This document shows, one piece after another, positions 26,293 to 38,797 of a stretch of DNA of 64,000 bases. Location: contig JALDTO010000266.1 in NCBI GenBank assembly GCA_023515725.1, positions 1,633,608 to 1,697,607 on the forward strand, read 5' to 3'. The notes beneath the pieces were generated by a model. That model worked only from the letters and a program-made list of their open reading frames with translations, had not been told where the DNA came from and made no database searches. The translations under genes and the position numbers were made by a program. The DNA is from Amoeboaphelidium protococcarum X5 (Eukaryota; Fungi; Aphelidiomycota). Each line of letters starts with the position of its first letter. Position 1 is the stretch's first letter.

Positions 26293-27494
26293 CAACGATG
26301 TCGTTATGGATCGTATTTAGTCTTTTACATTGAGTGCATATAATTGAGGACTAGAGACATGAACCTCTCCTTTGACTACCCAATTCTGCTAAATTAATCC
26401 ATCCATTTGAAATGAATGAAACTATAGTGTATAAATAATAATAAGATTTGATTAAGTTAAATCTTCTGTACTCTATGATGATTAAACATTCTATCATTGG
26501 CGATCGACATACAACAGCAAAAGGACTATTAGTTCTAGGATCCCATACAAGCGTATCAGCTTTCTTATTATTTATCACTTGCAGTTGAGTCAGCGACGGG
26601 TCACTCTTTGATTTCCGCTCACTTTAAGGAGAAGTGATAAACTGAGCAAGCAGAGCACCATCACTCTCATGCTCAGACAGAGATCCGCAGCTAAAATATG
26701 AAGTTTTTAAAGAGGAGGCGCCAGGCGTGTTGTTGGAGTGTTACGATCGCAGCGAGGAACTCAGCGGCGCAGCAGCAGTGTGGCGCGCAAAATAATCGGA
26801 GAAAGAGGACCCCACGCTGAGTGATGCCAAACTAAGCTACTGGATGGCAGATGCCGATTATGACAGCACACTTTCGCCACTAAATCTAAAGGCTCTTGGT
26901 GATGACGCGCTCTGAGAATCTCCGCCATTAGTCATGTTAGATTTCCGTGATAGAGACTACCTTCTGAGTTGACTAAATCCATTATACTCTTCAAAAGCAC
27001 TGAATCGATCGACATTTCTTCCTGATATGCTGCAAAGTCCAATGCTTTCTCCATAACTTTACGGATTTGCAGATTTTTTAACAAGCATATTGATAGCCTA
27101 TGATTTCTCAACAGGTTCCATTTCTCTATCCATAACTTTTTAACTTATATTTAGCTATAGCAATGTCCCTAATGTGGATTACAAGAGATGAGGCGATGTA
27201 ATACTGTGCGTGTGGCTTTGCAAATGATGGTAGATTTACTAAAACGGAAATAAAACGAATTTGGTTTCGCGCGACTGGCAAATCGCTGGCCAAGCGAGCA
27301 AAATGAACGCGACGCGAAACAACATAGAATTTCAGGGGCATGGGAAAGTGACATCAGTGATCGAGTCTAATCGAAACTTGATTAAAGGTTCAGATATGAT
27401 TCATACACTATTCCGGTGCATGGGCGCCGTCTTTATGAAGAGGAAACTTAATGTTATCAGGTCTATTGTACGCTAATATAATATATATAATAAA

Positions 27495-29108
27495 TCACAA
27501 ATCGTAATCTTCAAAATTACCAATATAATCTTGAAGTTGCTACTTGGCATTTGTCACTTCTTCTCGCAATTCTTCATTTACCAGCTGTTTTGGACGCGAT
27601 AGACTCTGCTGCAACCATTATAGGTGCAATTTGGAGGACTTGGATGAGTACAGCGTTGTCACAGAAGAGACGACACGTTCATGTTACAGCAAATCTTCAT
27701 CATCATGCCCGGCACCATCATCAAAAGATGCGCGAACTATTTTAGGAAACGGAGTCTTGAGTGGGTAGCCGTGTTTAGTTCTTAAAGCCTTTGTGCCATA
27801 GCATTTATTTGTCTGAGCCATCTGCATCTCTATCTCTGACAAATTTTACCTTTCGAAAGCTTCACCAGACAATACAACATACTGCGAATATAAATCGCAG
27901 ACTGGATCATCACTAAACGAACGCTAATCTTTCAGCACAGACTTCAAATCATTGTCACTATTTCTAAGAGGAAACTGGGTCAAAAGATTTCCAATTCTGC
28001 ATGGGCTCATAGAAGTGACTAAACTAGTAAGATAACCCATATCGATACCACCTGAATACAGACCAACAGGTAGCAAACTTTACTACACCGCCTGAGAAAT
28101 TATAGCGCTGGTATTATAATTGGTATTTTTGAAGCAAGAGAGATGGCCAGTACCAGAATACTTTGCAGCCGCATTAATTGGAATATACAATTGAGTTTGA
28201 TCAATCAAATTTGCCGAGCTAATTGACGTGTTCATACGTGCTGATTGACCATTCTACACAAACGGTATTAAATAATCGCGAGAAACTGGATATAACACTT
28301 ACATTTTTATCCAACGTTTCCTTATCATGGAATCCAAAAGTCATCGTGGGAATCTTAGGAATATCATCACGTAAGATCTCCAAAAACTTGGAGCACACCC
28401 CTCCAAAACCATTCATTTAATCAACTAGTACATGTATACCATTGAGCTAATCAGCATCCTCCAAAAAGTATCTAAATCGTTCATCATAAATATCGTCAAT
28501 TACTTATGGCGATGACGTGTACTCACGACCAGCTAGAAAATCCTTGATGCTAGAGGGAGGGCAACCGATGAAAGACCTAGGATGATAAAAGCACCGATTG
28601 TAATCCGTCCAATTCTAAACTTAGGAGCTTAAATCTTACAAAGTACCATCGCATCCATGTCCTAAACTCAGTTCTTGCACATATTAACTCTCTTTAAGAT
28701 CATCTTTCGCCATAGTCTCCACATCTCCATGCCAAACGAGCGGATCCGCTGATTAAGTAGTGTCAGCGTAAAGTTCATTCTCCTATCTAATAGTACTAAA
28801 ATTCTCGTGATTGTCAAATATCAAGGTCCTTGGCGTAAAAGTTTCTTGTCCCTACAATAATCAAAGTGACATATAATTGATATCTAATTTCTGGTAGATA
28901 TACTTACATTCAGATTCATGCCTTCGCGGTACCACGTATGAAACTCAAACTCTTGGACCGCACTGGGATCATTCATTAGGTGGTCCTACACAGATTATGG
29001 TCAATAGACATTGTGTTCCGTGTAGAAAAATCTTACATAGGCGTTCCATTAGTGGGCAGCTACGTGATTAGCAAAGTTTCCAAATTACAAAGTGATGATT
29101 TGCCTCAT
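27495..29108 (-). CDS. DML1: Misato/DML1 tubulin-like protein (spliced)
   Basis: MRQIITL(TAA=Q)FGNFANHVAAH..ETFTPRTLIFD..VQNWTDYNRCFYHPRS..DERFRYFLEDAD..NGFGG. Confidence 0.88.
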
Positions 29109-29189
29109 GATTCGAATAGTTGATAACGGTAAAATTGAGAGAAAATGAAGAGAGAGGATACAAGACGCACAATTCGATTGATTCATCTG

Positions 29190-30010
29190 GTAAAGTATGA
29201 CCCTCCCATTAATCTTCACGTTCGTTTCAACACGTTCAAAGGGAATATTTTAGGGTAGGTATATCTTGCTAGTGGTGATTAACGTGAATACTAAGTATGC
29301 ATATGTCGCAGCCCTGAAGGATAAGACTCAGGAAACAGTATTGAACACATTGGAAAAAATACGTCAGAAATCGATCCATGCTGGTCGGCCATTGAAAGTT
29401 CTGCAGACAGATAACGGGGAAAAGTTTTTGGATTAATCAAAACAAAATAACATGCCAGTATTGTGAGAAGGATGATAAGAAGTGTCTAGGAGTGGCAGAG
29501 AGGTTCAATCGCACTATAAAACTACTGATTGAAAATATCTAACAAGAAAAAAACACGCATATATGGATTGATAAGTTGCTAGACTTTGTTCAAAACTACG
29601 TCTCTTCGCTTCATATTAGCATCTCAAGAATACAAGAACAGCTACAAATGTTTGATGAGGCTTAACTGATGAGGAAAAGCATCGCTCACAATAATCGCGT
29701 CACCCTTTATGTAATCAAACGTGGCGACTTTGTCAGATTATTGAATAAGCGAGGGGCATTCGAGAAAGAGGGTCAGCGATTCACGTTGAAAGTGTACATT
29801 GTTGAAGAAGTGGGGTTGAATAGTGTTTGCGTAGAAGACAAGCATCAAAAGTTCAATTTGTTTGAGGTGTTGAAGGTTTCTTCATTAAGTCAAGATATTG
29901 ATAACTCGTTGAGGCAGGAACAACTTGACATCTACCGAGCTGATAAACGTATTCGTGAGCGTGAAGGTGTTGAGCCTAATAGAAGACAAAGCAAAAGATT
30001 AAGAAAGTAA
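29190..30010 (+). mobile_element. Degenerate rve (DDE) integrase, Polinton/PLV/virophage-like
   Basis: YILLVVINVNTKYAY..LKDK..KVLQTDNGE.F..CLGVAERFNRTIK..WIDKLLDFVQNY..H..GDFVRL..FEKEG..F..VYIV. Carries frameshifts and a deletion; ends AAG TAA at 30010. Confidence 0.85.
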
Positions 30011-30880
30011 CGGATTTATTGGCACCATTAAAACCCAGTGGGAAAGGTATGCCAATTCTCGATTAGGTTGGTTGTTTTGTTGTCGAATTGCATCAAGTGC
30101 ATTCTCAACACATAGAGCATTGTGTTCAATACACTGATAATGCATGAATCCCACTGTTTTGTGCAAACCCAAATCCGTGTCAAGAACAACAACTGGTGAA
30201 CCCGAACTCCCAGGGCGCGAATTCCCTGGACCATAAGTGAGTCCATTAGGTGCAAATACTGAATTTGTAATGAAGGACAGAGCTTTTGGGCCACCTCGCG
30301 GATGCCCAATCAAAGCAAGTGGTCGACGATTTGAGACAATGTACTCACTTCGCGCACGGTCTGAGAGCGTTCTCGAGTTTTTTTCCGCTGCTCAGGATCC
30401 GTGACCTTATCCTTGGCAAACTCAAGGACCGCGAAATCATGGCCCCAAAATTGATGAAACGAACTCTTTCGACCTCGACTACAGTTCCAACATTATCCAC
30501 ATCATCATAAAAGAAGCGCAACTTGATGTCCTTTGGTTGGCGATACGTTTCAACAACATGCTTATTTGTCAGCGCTGAAAAATTCACATGAGAGCTGACA
30601 ACGGTTAACCAACCAGTTCCTGACGAATTATTCACAGTTACCATTCAAATGGCTGGCCAACCTCTCGAACGATAGCTTTCAGCCCACCCAACTCATGGTA
30701 CAACAAGAAATTCGGATGACTGAACATATTTCCGGCATTTTCCCCAACAGGATTATTTTCCTCAATGGCGGTCATTTGATTAAAATCGGAGGTCTTTGTA
30801 GAGAAAACAAGCGTTGTGCAATTCCCAGAATGGAAAGCCGCTCGAATTTCAAAACGCACTCTTTTGCCCTAACTTATAAT
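29999..30880 (-). pseudogene. Frameshifted trypsin-like (S1/Trypsin_2) serine protease inside the integrase island
   Basis: Triad motifs lie in successive frames: GTGW..LTNKHVV (His), HDFAVLEF (Asp), IGHPRGGPK..NSRPGSSGSPV (Ser). Confidence 0.8.
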
Positions 30881-30907
30881 GCCAAAACGACGAGAAATTT
30901 GGGAGGA

Positions 30908-31594
30908 TGGACTTGATTTGATTACTCTGCGGGCGGACATTGCAAAATTGTGTGCCCAATTGGGCATTGCCGTAAACTACAAACGACTTCGTAATCCTGT
31001 ATACTGAACAGCTTACTCATTCAGCTTAGCGATGTCTCAAATGTCCCTCTTTGCTCTGGGCCTAAGACGAATGAAGACTTGAGGGAGTTCATTGATACGG
31101 TTATGCAGACGATGAATTTGAAACCGAGAGAACGTCGAGTTAAACGACAAAAAACTATCCTTGTCGTAGTACGAGGGCCAATCATCCCACCGGATATGGA
31201 TGACTACGAATACTCAACTGTGGATAGTATTCCTGGGTGTTTTGTTTAAGATGATGAAGTTGTACACTTGACTGTGGAGGAAGTTGAAGAGATGTGTGTT
31301 GGATTTTCCGATGGCGAAAGTGATGATGAAAGTATATATGCTGATATTGGATTGAATCACGGATATGTTGATCAGAGTAGCGAGAGTCGAGATTTATTGG
31401 ACCAAGAACGTGAGAACAATCTGGTTAAGCACACATTTGATGAAGCGGATCTTGGGGAGTCGTTGAAACGTTTAGGATGTCAATAAACTTGTCCATGATA
31501 TATTGATTGGAAAAGAGAAATCATGAAATTAGAGGATTTATTACTAATGCCAAGAGAATTCAGCTACGTTCATGGCTTGAATACAACAATTTAA
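30908..31594 (+). pseudogene. Degenerate orphan gene with Cys-rich N-terminus and acidic C-terminus, inside the integrase island
   Basis: CKIVCPIGHC and RCLKCPSL, then one frame EDLREFIDTVMQTMNLKPRERRVKRQK..acidic tract..IDWKREIMKLEDLL. Internal stops; final TAA at 31592-31594. Confidence 0.5.
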
Positions 31595-32151
31595 ACACCA
31601 GCATTAGCCCATTGCTGATCAATCGTACAAATATATGACCCAGATCTCAAAGATCTCAAGACAGGATAATCGTTAGGAGGATCTTGAATGCGATTCATCA
31701 GACTGGACAATGCGAGTTTGGCATGATGAATACGCGTAAATATTGGAGGAGCAGGCAATGGAGGGCCGATTTGAGGATGGTTTCCATTCTCGAAACCTTG
31801 AGCTCGTAATCCAGCATAGTGATGAACAATCGAGCGGGCCTCGCACTGAATATCATGGCCCAAATGGTTAGGAGGAGCCAAAACAGTATTGGCTATGTTG
31901 GGTCCTGGACCAAAATTAGCACCGACGCGTGGATCTTTGTCAATACCACCCGCCCATTTTTCGTAAGTCATCCAGGCGTTGTCTTCAAAAGTAATTCCGG
32001 TGACTGAGTACAGCTCTTCTCCCTCCAACTTGTTCACAGTGGCTCCGTTTGCTGCCATTTCTTTAATAACATTGAGTGGAATCCGTGCGCCTTTAAGTGG
32101 TTTCTTTTTGCTGACAGCCAGGGGCTTCAATGCGTCTTCGAGTGAACTCAT
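31591..32151 (-). CDS. Intact orphan ORF in the integrase island (186 aa in standard code; 193 aa to TGA 31570 in host code)
   Basis: ATG after a pyrimidine tract and A-run (minus strand). MSSLEDALKPLAVSKKKP..QQWANAGV with no internal TAR or TGA. Confidence 0.7.
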   Translation of the reverse strand: MSSLEDALKPLAVSKKKPLKGARIPLNVIKEMAANGATVNKLEGEELYSVTGITFEDNAWMTYEKWAGGIDKDPRVGANFGPGPNIANTVLAPPNHLGHDIQCEARSIVHHYAGLRAQGFENGNHPQIGPPLPAPPIFTRIHHAKLALSSLMNRIQDPPNDYPVLRSLRSGSYICTIDQQWANAGV

Positions 32152-32542
32152 TTTTTTGAATGAAAAGAAAAGAGAAAAGGGAGAGGAGGGAGAATTGTAA
32201 CTTATTCGAAAATTAACTTCTCGAGCGAATGATGTTCTGAAATTTATGAGCACTCAGCAGACAAATTAGAGGTCTCAATTCTTTCCATATGAGCTTCGCT
32301 AATGCTTAATGCTTGACCTTTCAACTTTAAGCCTGTGAGCTCTAAAGACTCATCACGACACAGTCCGATGGAAAACTGCAGAGCACAATCAGAAGTGAAT
32401 AATATCAAGGTGCGTTTAAGATCTGTTTGAACATTTTCAAGGCATATTTTACAATCTTTTATTTGGTTCCAAAGTGTACTGAAAAATTATGATCATTTTC
32501 ATTATATCGTTATGACAATAATAATAAAATAGGATCATTCTA

Positions 32543-33688
32543 CAGTTTGACCGCGCGGTTTGAAACTTAAAATATTGATTATAAAAAATTTATTCAGTAC
32601 TTGGTTTATTTACCATATGCCTTAATACACTCGGTTAGTCTATTGTATACACTAGTAGCAAGGTTCTTGCACAGCTCCTCATCGATTTCATCCCATACAG
32701 CGAACACCTGATAGATTAACTCATCGCGGGTCATAGGCACACCATATATTTCTCTCTCTTCCTTTTAAGGATGGTCCACAGGTTCTCTATAGGGTTCAAA
32801 TCCGGACTTTAAGCTGGCCAGTCCAATGTTTGGACCCCCTACTGCTTCAAATAGTCCATGATGATCGCCTTATGACAAGGGGCATTGTCCTGTATAAAGG
32901 TCAAATCGACCCCGTGAACTTCCTTGGCAGCATTGATCTCAGGTATGACAAACTCCTCTAAGATTTATGGGTAATAATCTGCATTCATGTTATCATCTAG
33001 AGCCACCAGAGGCCCCAGACCGAAGAAGCTAAAACACCCGCAAAACATCACCGAAAAACCACCCGCTTGAACTTAAAGGTTTAAGGGCCTCTAATCCTCC
33101 GGAGTACTTGAGTGTACCCACATATGCACTTCTCTATCCTTGGGGATCTTCCTGAACGTAGTTTCGTCCGACCAAAGGATCTGCATCCACCACAAATCTT
33201 CCTCAAGCACTCCATTCTTGCAAAACTGCAGTCTTTTGGCAATATTACGCTCAGAAGTGAGCTACTTCTTCTTCAATTTAATGAATTGGTACCCAGTGCG
33301 CGCCAAATACTTGCTGATGGCAGTGATCTTAACAGCGCGTTCTCAAGGCTGCAAATGGTTAGGGAGCTCTCTTTTAATGTCTCTGATGGTCCAAGAGGGA
33401 TTCTCATCCCTAAGACGTTTTATTGTCCGGCCTACGTTGCCATCCGTTGCGCGCTTAATGATCACCGGCTTCTCGCCTAACTCCTCTATCTAGCGCTTAC
33501 GGTATCAATATGACTTAATGGTGGACAGTGGAACTTTCAAATACTCTGCTATTTGATTAAATGAGTAATTAAAATCTTTTAAAGCGTAAATTTGGCCTTT
33601 TTAGAAGTCATTTAGTCTATTATTATCCAAGTTTTCAATCATGTTTTTGTCAGTGCTCTCTTTGGTTTCACGCGGAACGGACAAACTG
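32543..33688 (-). mobile_element. Tc1/mariner DNA transposon (1146 bp), inactive copy
   Basis: Imperfect 24-bp TIRs (CAGTTTGACCGCGCGGTTTGAAAC at 32543-32566; 33665-33688, 18/24 match) flanked by TA on both sides. Transposase 33642-32594 has WSDET, FIQDNAPCH and WPA(TAA=Q)SPDLNPIENLW, with two in-frame TGAs and a frameshift. Confidence 0.93.
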
Positions 33689-33690
33689 TA

Positions 33691-34302
33691 AGTTTGGTAC
33701 CAAACAAACGATATTATTTCTCACATACATAAGCATCACGGAAGTTTTCTCTTTTCTTAGCCTCGGCAATAAACAATCTAGACGCATTCTCATTATCATA
33801 TCCGATATAGTAATCTGGCGTAGCTGATACGGTAACTCTTTCACTGCCCAAGAAATAATCAGTCTTGTAAACCATCTTCTTTTCAACGCGAAGCATGAGC
33901 TTAGGTTTAGCATGCATGTACTTCAGCGATTCTATAAGAATAAGATCAATGGTCATTCGATGAGACGCCTCCATACCGCATGTGCAAATACTCCTTGATC
34001 AACGAACGGCCTTCTATTAACCAATCTGACACAGGTTCAGAACCATCAGGAAACGAAAAGCTAAATACCGGCCTTTCATCAAACTCATCACGTATTTCTT
34101 TAACATCAATCCGGAAGGAGCCCTCGAGAATATACCAATTCAATCGTGAATCTGTCGCCTCTATGGTGATCTCCCGAAGCTTCAGCTAGTTCACGATTTC
34201 CAGCTCATAAGCCTTTGCCTCTTCGATCTTATCTGATGGAATAAATCCCATCAGTTTCTTCAGAGCCTTCAATATGTTCGAGATCGGTTTCTTCGTCGAC
34301 AT
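33691..34302 (-). pseudogene. PD-(D/E)xK restriction-endonuclease-like gene, frameshifted and cut by the Tc1 insertion
   Basis: MSTKKPISNILK.., frameshift near 33970, then EASHRMTIDLIL..E..PDYYIG..FIAEAKK. The reading is interrupted at the Tc1 TA site. Confidence 0.55.
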
Positions 34303-35110
34303 TTTGCTCTGGAGGATATCACAAGAGATAAAAAACGGATAGCTTTGACGTATGTTTGAGATATTTTACTTAAATTTCTACAAATTAAATCTTGATAATT
34401 TATACTCAGTTATTTAGTATGCAAACACTATGACTGTATATTCATAAAGAAAATTTCTCCGTCTCTGAAACGACCAATTTACGCGGCGATTACTCACTAT
34501 CTGATTTAAAGAGCCTAATGGGACTCAATACTCAATGCCGTTGCATTCTCTAAATGCATTATGAGCATTATCAAAAGCATTAAAATTTAAATTAAATGTT
34601 CGTATCGTGGTCTCCAAGTACTAAGTAATAATCTAGCAAGTAAAAATTGAAGCTGCGATTAAAAGGAAGCGAAAGTCATAAGATTTCCGCAAATACAATC
34701 ATTCAAAAGCTTTTAAACATAAATTCGCGATATCTTTATGCTACCATAGCTTGGTCACTATATTTAGGAGCACACTAACGGTTATACAGCGAAAGTGTCA
34801 ATGTGAAACAACAGAGTGATGTCGATCGATGACGAGAGAGAACCGAAAGATCACGCGCATCGGATCGAATCATCTCATTGGCCGTCACTCTCACTCTCTT
34901 CATCGCTGCTGCTCGATCTGTTTCATCTTTTCACTTTTCGGTTTCTCTTTCTCTGTCCACTCTTAAGATTGACACAATTGTTCTCTTTAGTTTGATCATT
35001 ATCACTCCACGTTGCTCGAGAAATTGAAGGATTACTTTAGAATTACACACTGCAAGCATCATATATAACATTAAAGTATCTAATAAGAGTACATACTTAC
35101 TGGTCATTCA

Positions 35111-37549
35111 ATGTCAAAAATGTTAAACGTTGCAAAGCACAAATAGTAAGAGTTCAAAGACAGATACTCTAGAAATAGCAGTCCTGTGGTGAATCCTCAC
35201 TTGGAGCTGGAAGATAGAGATCCTCATTATGATTATGATCATGCAATAGCTCATGGTAGTAATAGCAAGATTATTTAGCGTCATCGTACCATGAGTATTG
35301 AGTTTATGAATTCGTTTGATCTGCCTGCTACACACGCTGCCAAAATTGTTGTCGATTAAGACAGTAGTGATGCTGAGTTTAGTAGTGACACTGAGATGCA
35401 GATGGCCTTGAATTCTCACGTGAGTGTTGATTCTAGTTTTACATCACATTCTGCTATTGGTGTTAAATAGAAATCGGCTGCTGTCTATAAGCCTCTAAAG
35501 ATACCACCGGCAATTATTGAAGAGTCGGAGAAGCATCGGATCCGTAGAAGACACTCTCATGATGAGAAGACTAGTGTCCCATTGCAGCTTTTTATTCCTG
35601 TGGAGAAGACACAATAGCGCATTTTGGCACAAGAAGATACTGATGGTGATTTCTAAATTACAATCACCGATAAAGGTCCTAAAATTTTACCTCTTGGTAC
35701 ACTGGCATCTATGGGTCATCGCAAGCACGAGGTTCGCGGCACTTATGCATTGGCTAATTTGTTGCAAGAGCTGGCTCTAGCTGCTGATCATGGCAGATCT
35801 CATATTGTCATCGAGGAAAGCCGCCTGCTTGAGAATCCCGTTGATCGTCTCTCAAGGATGATTAAACATCACTTCTGGGACGGATTGACTCGTAGAATCG
35901 ACTCTGATGGACTTGAGATGATCTGCCTAGATCCCAAGAATAGACATGGTAATCACAGACCGCGCATCTACGTTCCCTATGATGATCCAGAGGCTTTGTA
36001 GTATTATAATAGAGTGGCTTCTGAAAAGCCACATTTGAACTTGGATGTAATTTAGTTGCCTAAAAATGTTACGCCAGATTATGTGAAATCCATTAATGGG
36101 ATGCCTGGTATATTGGCGCTGGCTCTTAAAAAGACACAAGATGAGAGTGGGGCAGAGACCATCCGTGGATGTCCTTTTGTTGTCCCTGGTGGAAGATTTA
36201 ACGAAATGTATGGATGGGATTCATACTTTGCAATGCTTGGTCTTCTTGTGGATGGTAGAATTTCTCTATCTAGAGCCATGGTGGATAATTTCGTATATTC
36301 TATTAAACATTACGGGAAAATTTTGAATGCTAATCGTAGCTACTACCTCACACGCTCCCAACCTCCATTTCTTACCGACATGGCACTGAAAGTCTACGAA
36401 TGTCTTCCCAAAGATGATGCAGAGAGTAACAAGAAATGGTTGGCAGAAGTGTTCAGGGCTGCCATCAAAGAGTATAACAATGTTTGGATGTACTCACCTC
36501 GTTATGTCGAGTCCATTGGGCTGAGTAGATTTCACGGTGAAGGTAAAGGAATGCCGCCAGAGACTGAGGCCTCTCACTTTGATGCTGTGCTTAAACCATT
36601 TGCTGATAAATATGGCCTTGATATCCCCACCTTCTCTGCGAAGTACAACGACGGATCTATAGTGGAGCCTGAGTTGGATGAGTATTTTATTCACGATAGA
36701 GCTGTAAGAGAAAGTGGACATGATACCACTTATAGACTTGAAGGTAAATGTGCCTCTATTTGTCCCGTGGATCTGAATGCTCTTCTCTATAAGTATGAGG
36801 TGGATATTGCTACCGTGATTAGAGATGTGTTTGGAGATAACTTTACCAACTATGATGGCGGAGTGGAGAAGAGCGAGGATTGGTTGAGAAAAGCTGCTCA
36901 CCGAAAGGAAATCATTGATAAGTATTTGTGGAATGAGGAAGAAGGCATGTATTTTGATTATGACATAAAGCAGAATGCTCAGAATCCATACGAGTCTGTC
37001 ACGACTTTCTTTCCTCTGTGGGCCGGATGCGCCAGTAAAAATCAAGCTGATCGTGTTGTGACTAGGGCCATTTAGTTATTTGAAGTCTAAGGGGGACTGG
37101 TAAGTGGTACGGAGAAGAGTCGAGGCACTATCGGACTATCTCGCCCTAATCGTCAGTGGGACTTTCCGTTTGGATGGGCGCCACATCAAGTTATCGCTTG
37201 GAAAGGCCTTGAAATATACGGTTATGAGGAGGTGGCTCGTAGATTTGCTTATAGATGGTTATTCACAATCACGAAAGCTTTCGTTGACTTCAATGGAGTT
37301 GTGCCTGAGAAATTTGATATTGTCTCATTGAATCATAAGGTGAATGTCGAGTATGGTAATGTGGGCATAGATTTCAAGTTCATCCCTCGTGAAGGCTTCG
37401 GTTGGATGAATTCATCATTCAAGGTTGGCCTGCAACTGCTGAGCAATCGTGAACGTCGTGCTCTAGGTGCATTAGTACATCCTGATAAGATATTTACAAT
37501 CCCAAAGACTACGAGTACTAGCGGATTAAGTGGAAGACAATCGGTTTGA
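35111..37549 (+). CDS. NTH1: Neutral trehalase (GH37 with Ca-binding N-terminal domain; 812 aa)
   Basis: PKA-type site [16 protein letters not shown](TAA=Q)[79 protein letters not shown]. Confidence 0.97.
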
Positions 37550-37681
37550 AGTTTTGTGGTAGGACTATTGACGTGCTGATTAGGAGTATTGTCAATGTGA
37601 CGATTAGGTGAATAAAATTATATTGGTAAACTTTAAACTCTATGTGGAATCATAATCTATATTTTACACATGGAACAAGCT

Positions 37682-38685
37682 TCATTTCAAGTAGCCTTTT
37701 CTATTGAGCTGAGACTACCTCTCTTTATCTTATTGCACTTTAATATCATAACAGTTGACATGGAAGAGTGGGCCGGGATGTGGCTGTCCACCAGCGTCAA
37801 ATATATACTCAACATACATCTCTTAAGTGATATCAAGTGCTTCGGAGCAGAATGAGCATATATATGACGCATCATTTTCCAATAAGATTGTCATATTAGA
37901 TTACAGGTCCATCCTATTATAATTGGCATCAAAGGCCAGCACCTGCGCCAAGTTTCGTCGAACTTCCTACTATCGCTGCAGAGATCGATGCCTGCTGAGG
38001 ATAAGCTACAGCATTGGTGCAGCTTGTGAGATTTTTAAATCTTTACTTAGACACTCACCTAAAGTAGATAGAGAGATGTGTCGAAAGTAGCGCCGGGTAT
38101 ATTATTCCATCAGACTTAATCGATGTAATTCATTCTCAATCTGACTGCACGACCTCAGAAGAACATTAAACGCGTCATGGTATTGTTCGCATACCTATTA
38201 ACATATTTATTCAGCCATTAAGTAATCGCCATAGTCAATAACGAGGATTTAAAGACCATCCATAAGCTTTCCAGTCTACACATACATATAAAGTTCGTTA
38301 AATCATTTTAATCTGTTCCAAATAACATTACTTTTATGAGAGCGAGGGATCTGGCGTATATAAGACTTTCGCTAGAACTTATTGCTGATAGTATTCGATC
38401 ATTAATATATTAATAGTTTATCAGTTTGTCTACGAGATCAATAAATGCTTTGATATATCCACTCGGTTGCACTGACTGAAGATACTGCCTAAACGACGGT
38501 TGATCAGAGTGTTACAACTTGGACATATGTGTCCGAAACTCGAGTTCTACACTTAAAATATATAATTAATAAGAGCTAACAAGATTGATGTTATTGTTAT
38601 TACTTATAGATTCATGTAGAGAGTTGTCAGCGTCGAGTGTATCAAGTTTATTGACCAATTTCAATATGTTCTCCGTCTGGTCCAT
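37682..38685 (-). CDS. Hypothetical multi-exon protein with a C-terminal CxxC..HxxC zinc-finger-like motif
   Basis: ATG 38685 (MDQTENILKLVNKLDTL), several GT-AG introns, final exon CSFCSEAL..FHVNCY..TGA. Exon boundaries uncertain. Confidence 0.5.
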
Positions 38686-38797
38686 CGCGTGCTTTAAGGA
38701 GAAGAGAGAAAACAGTTGGAGATTCACAAAGTTTTAATATAATCGCACGGGCCTTGAATTGTTTCGATAGAAGTTCATGCAGTTAACGAACATCGAA

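Noticed and set aside
26600-26915. GC-richer protein-like stretch (EEAPGVLLECYDRSEE..)
   Set aside because: No start codon or family signature. Possibly a relic, but not supportable.
29160-32540. Terminal inverted repeats or TSD delimiting the integrase island
   Set aside because: None found by eye. Island boundaries are approximate and no capsid or polymerase gene is visible, so the element class remains an inference.
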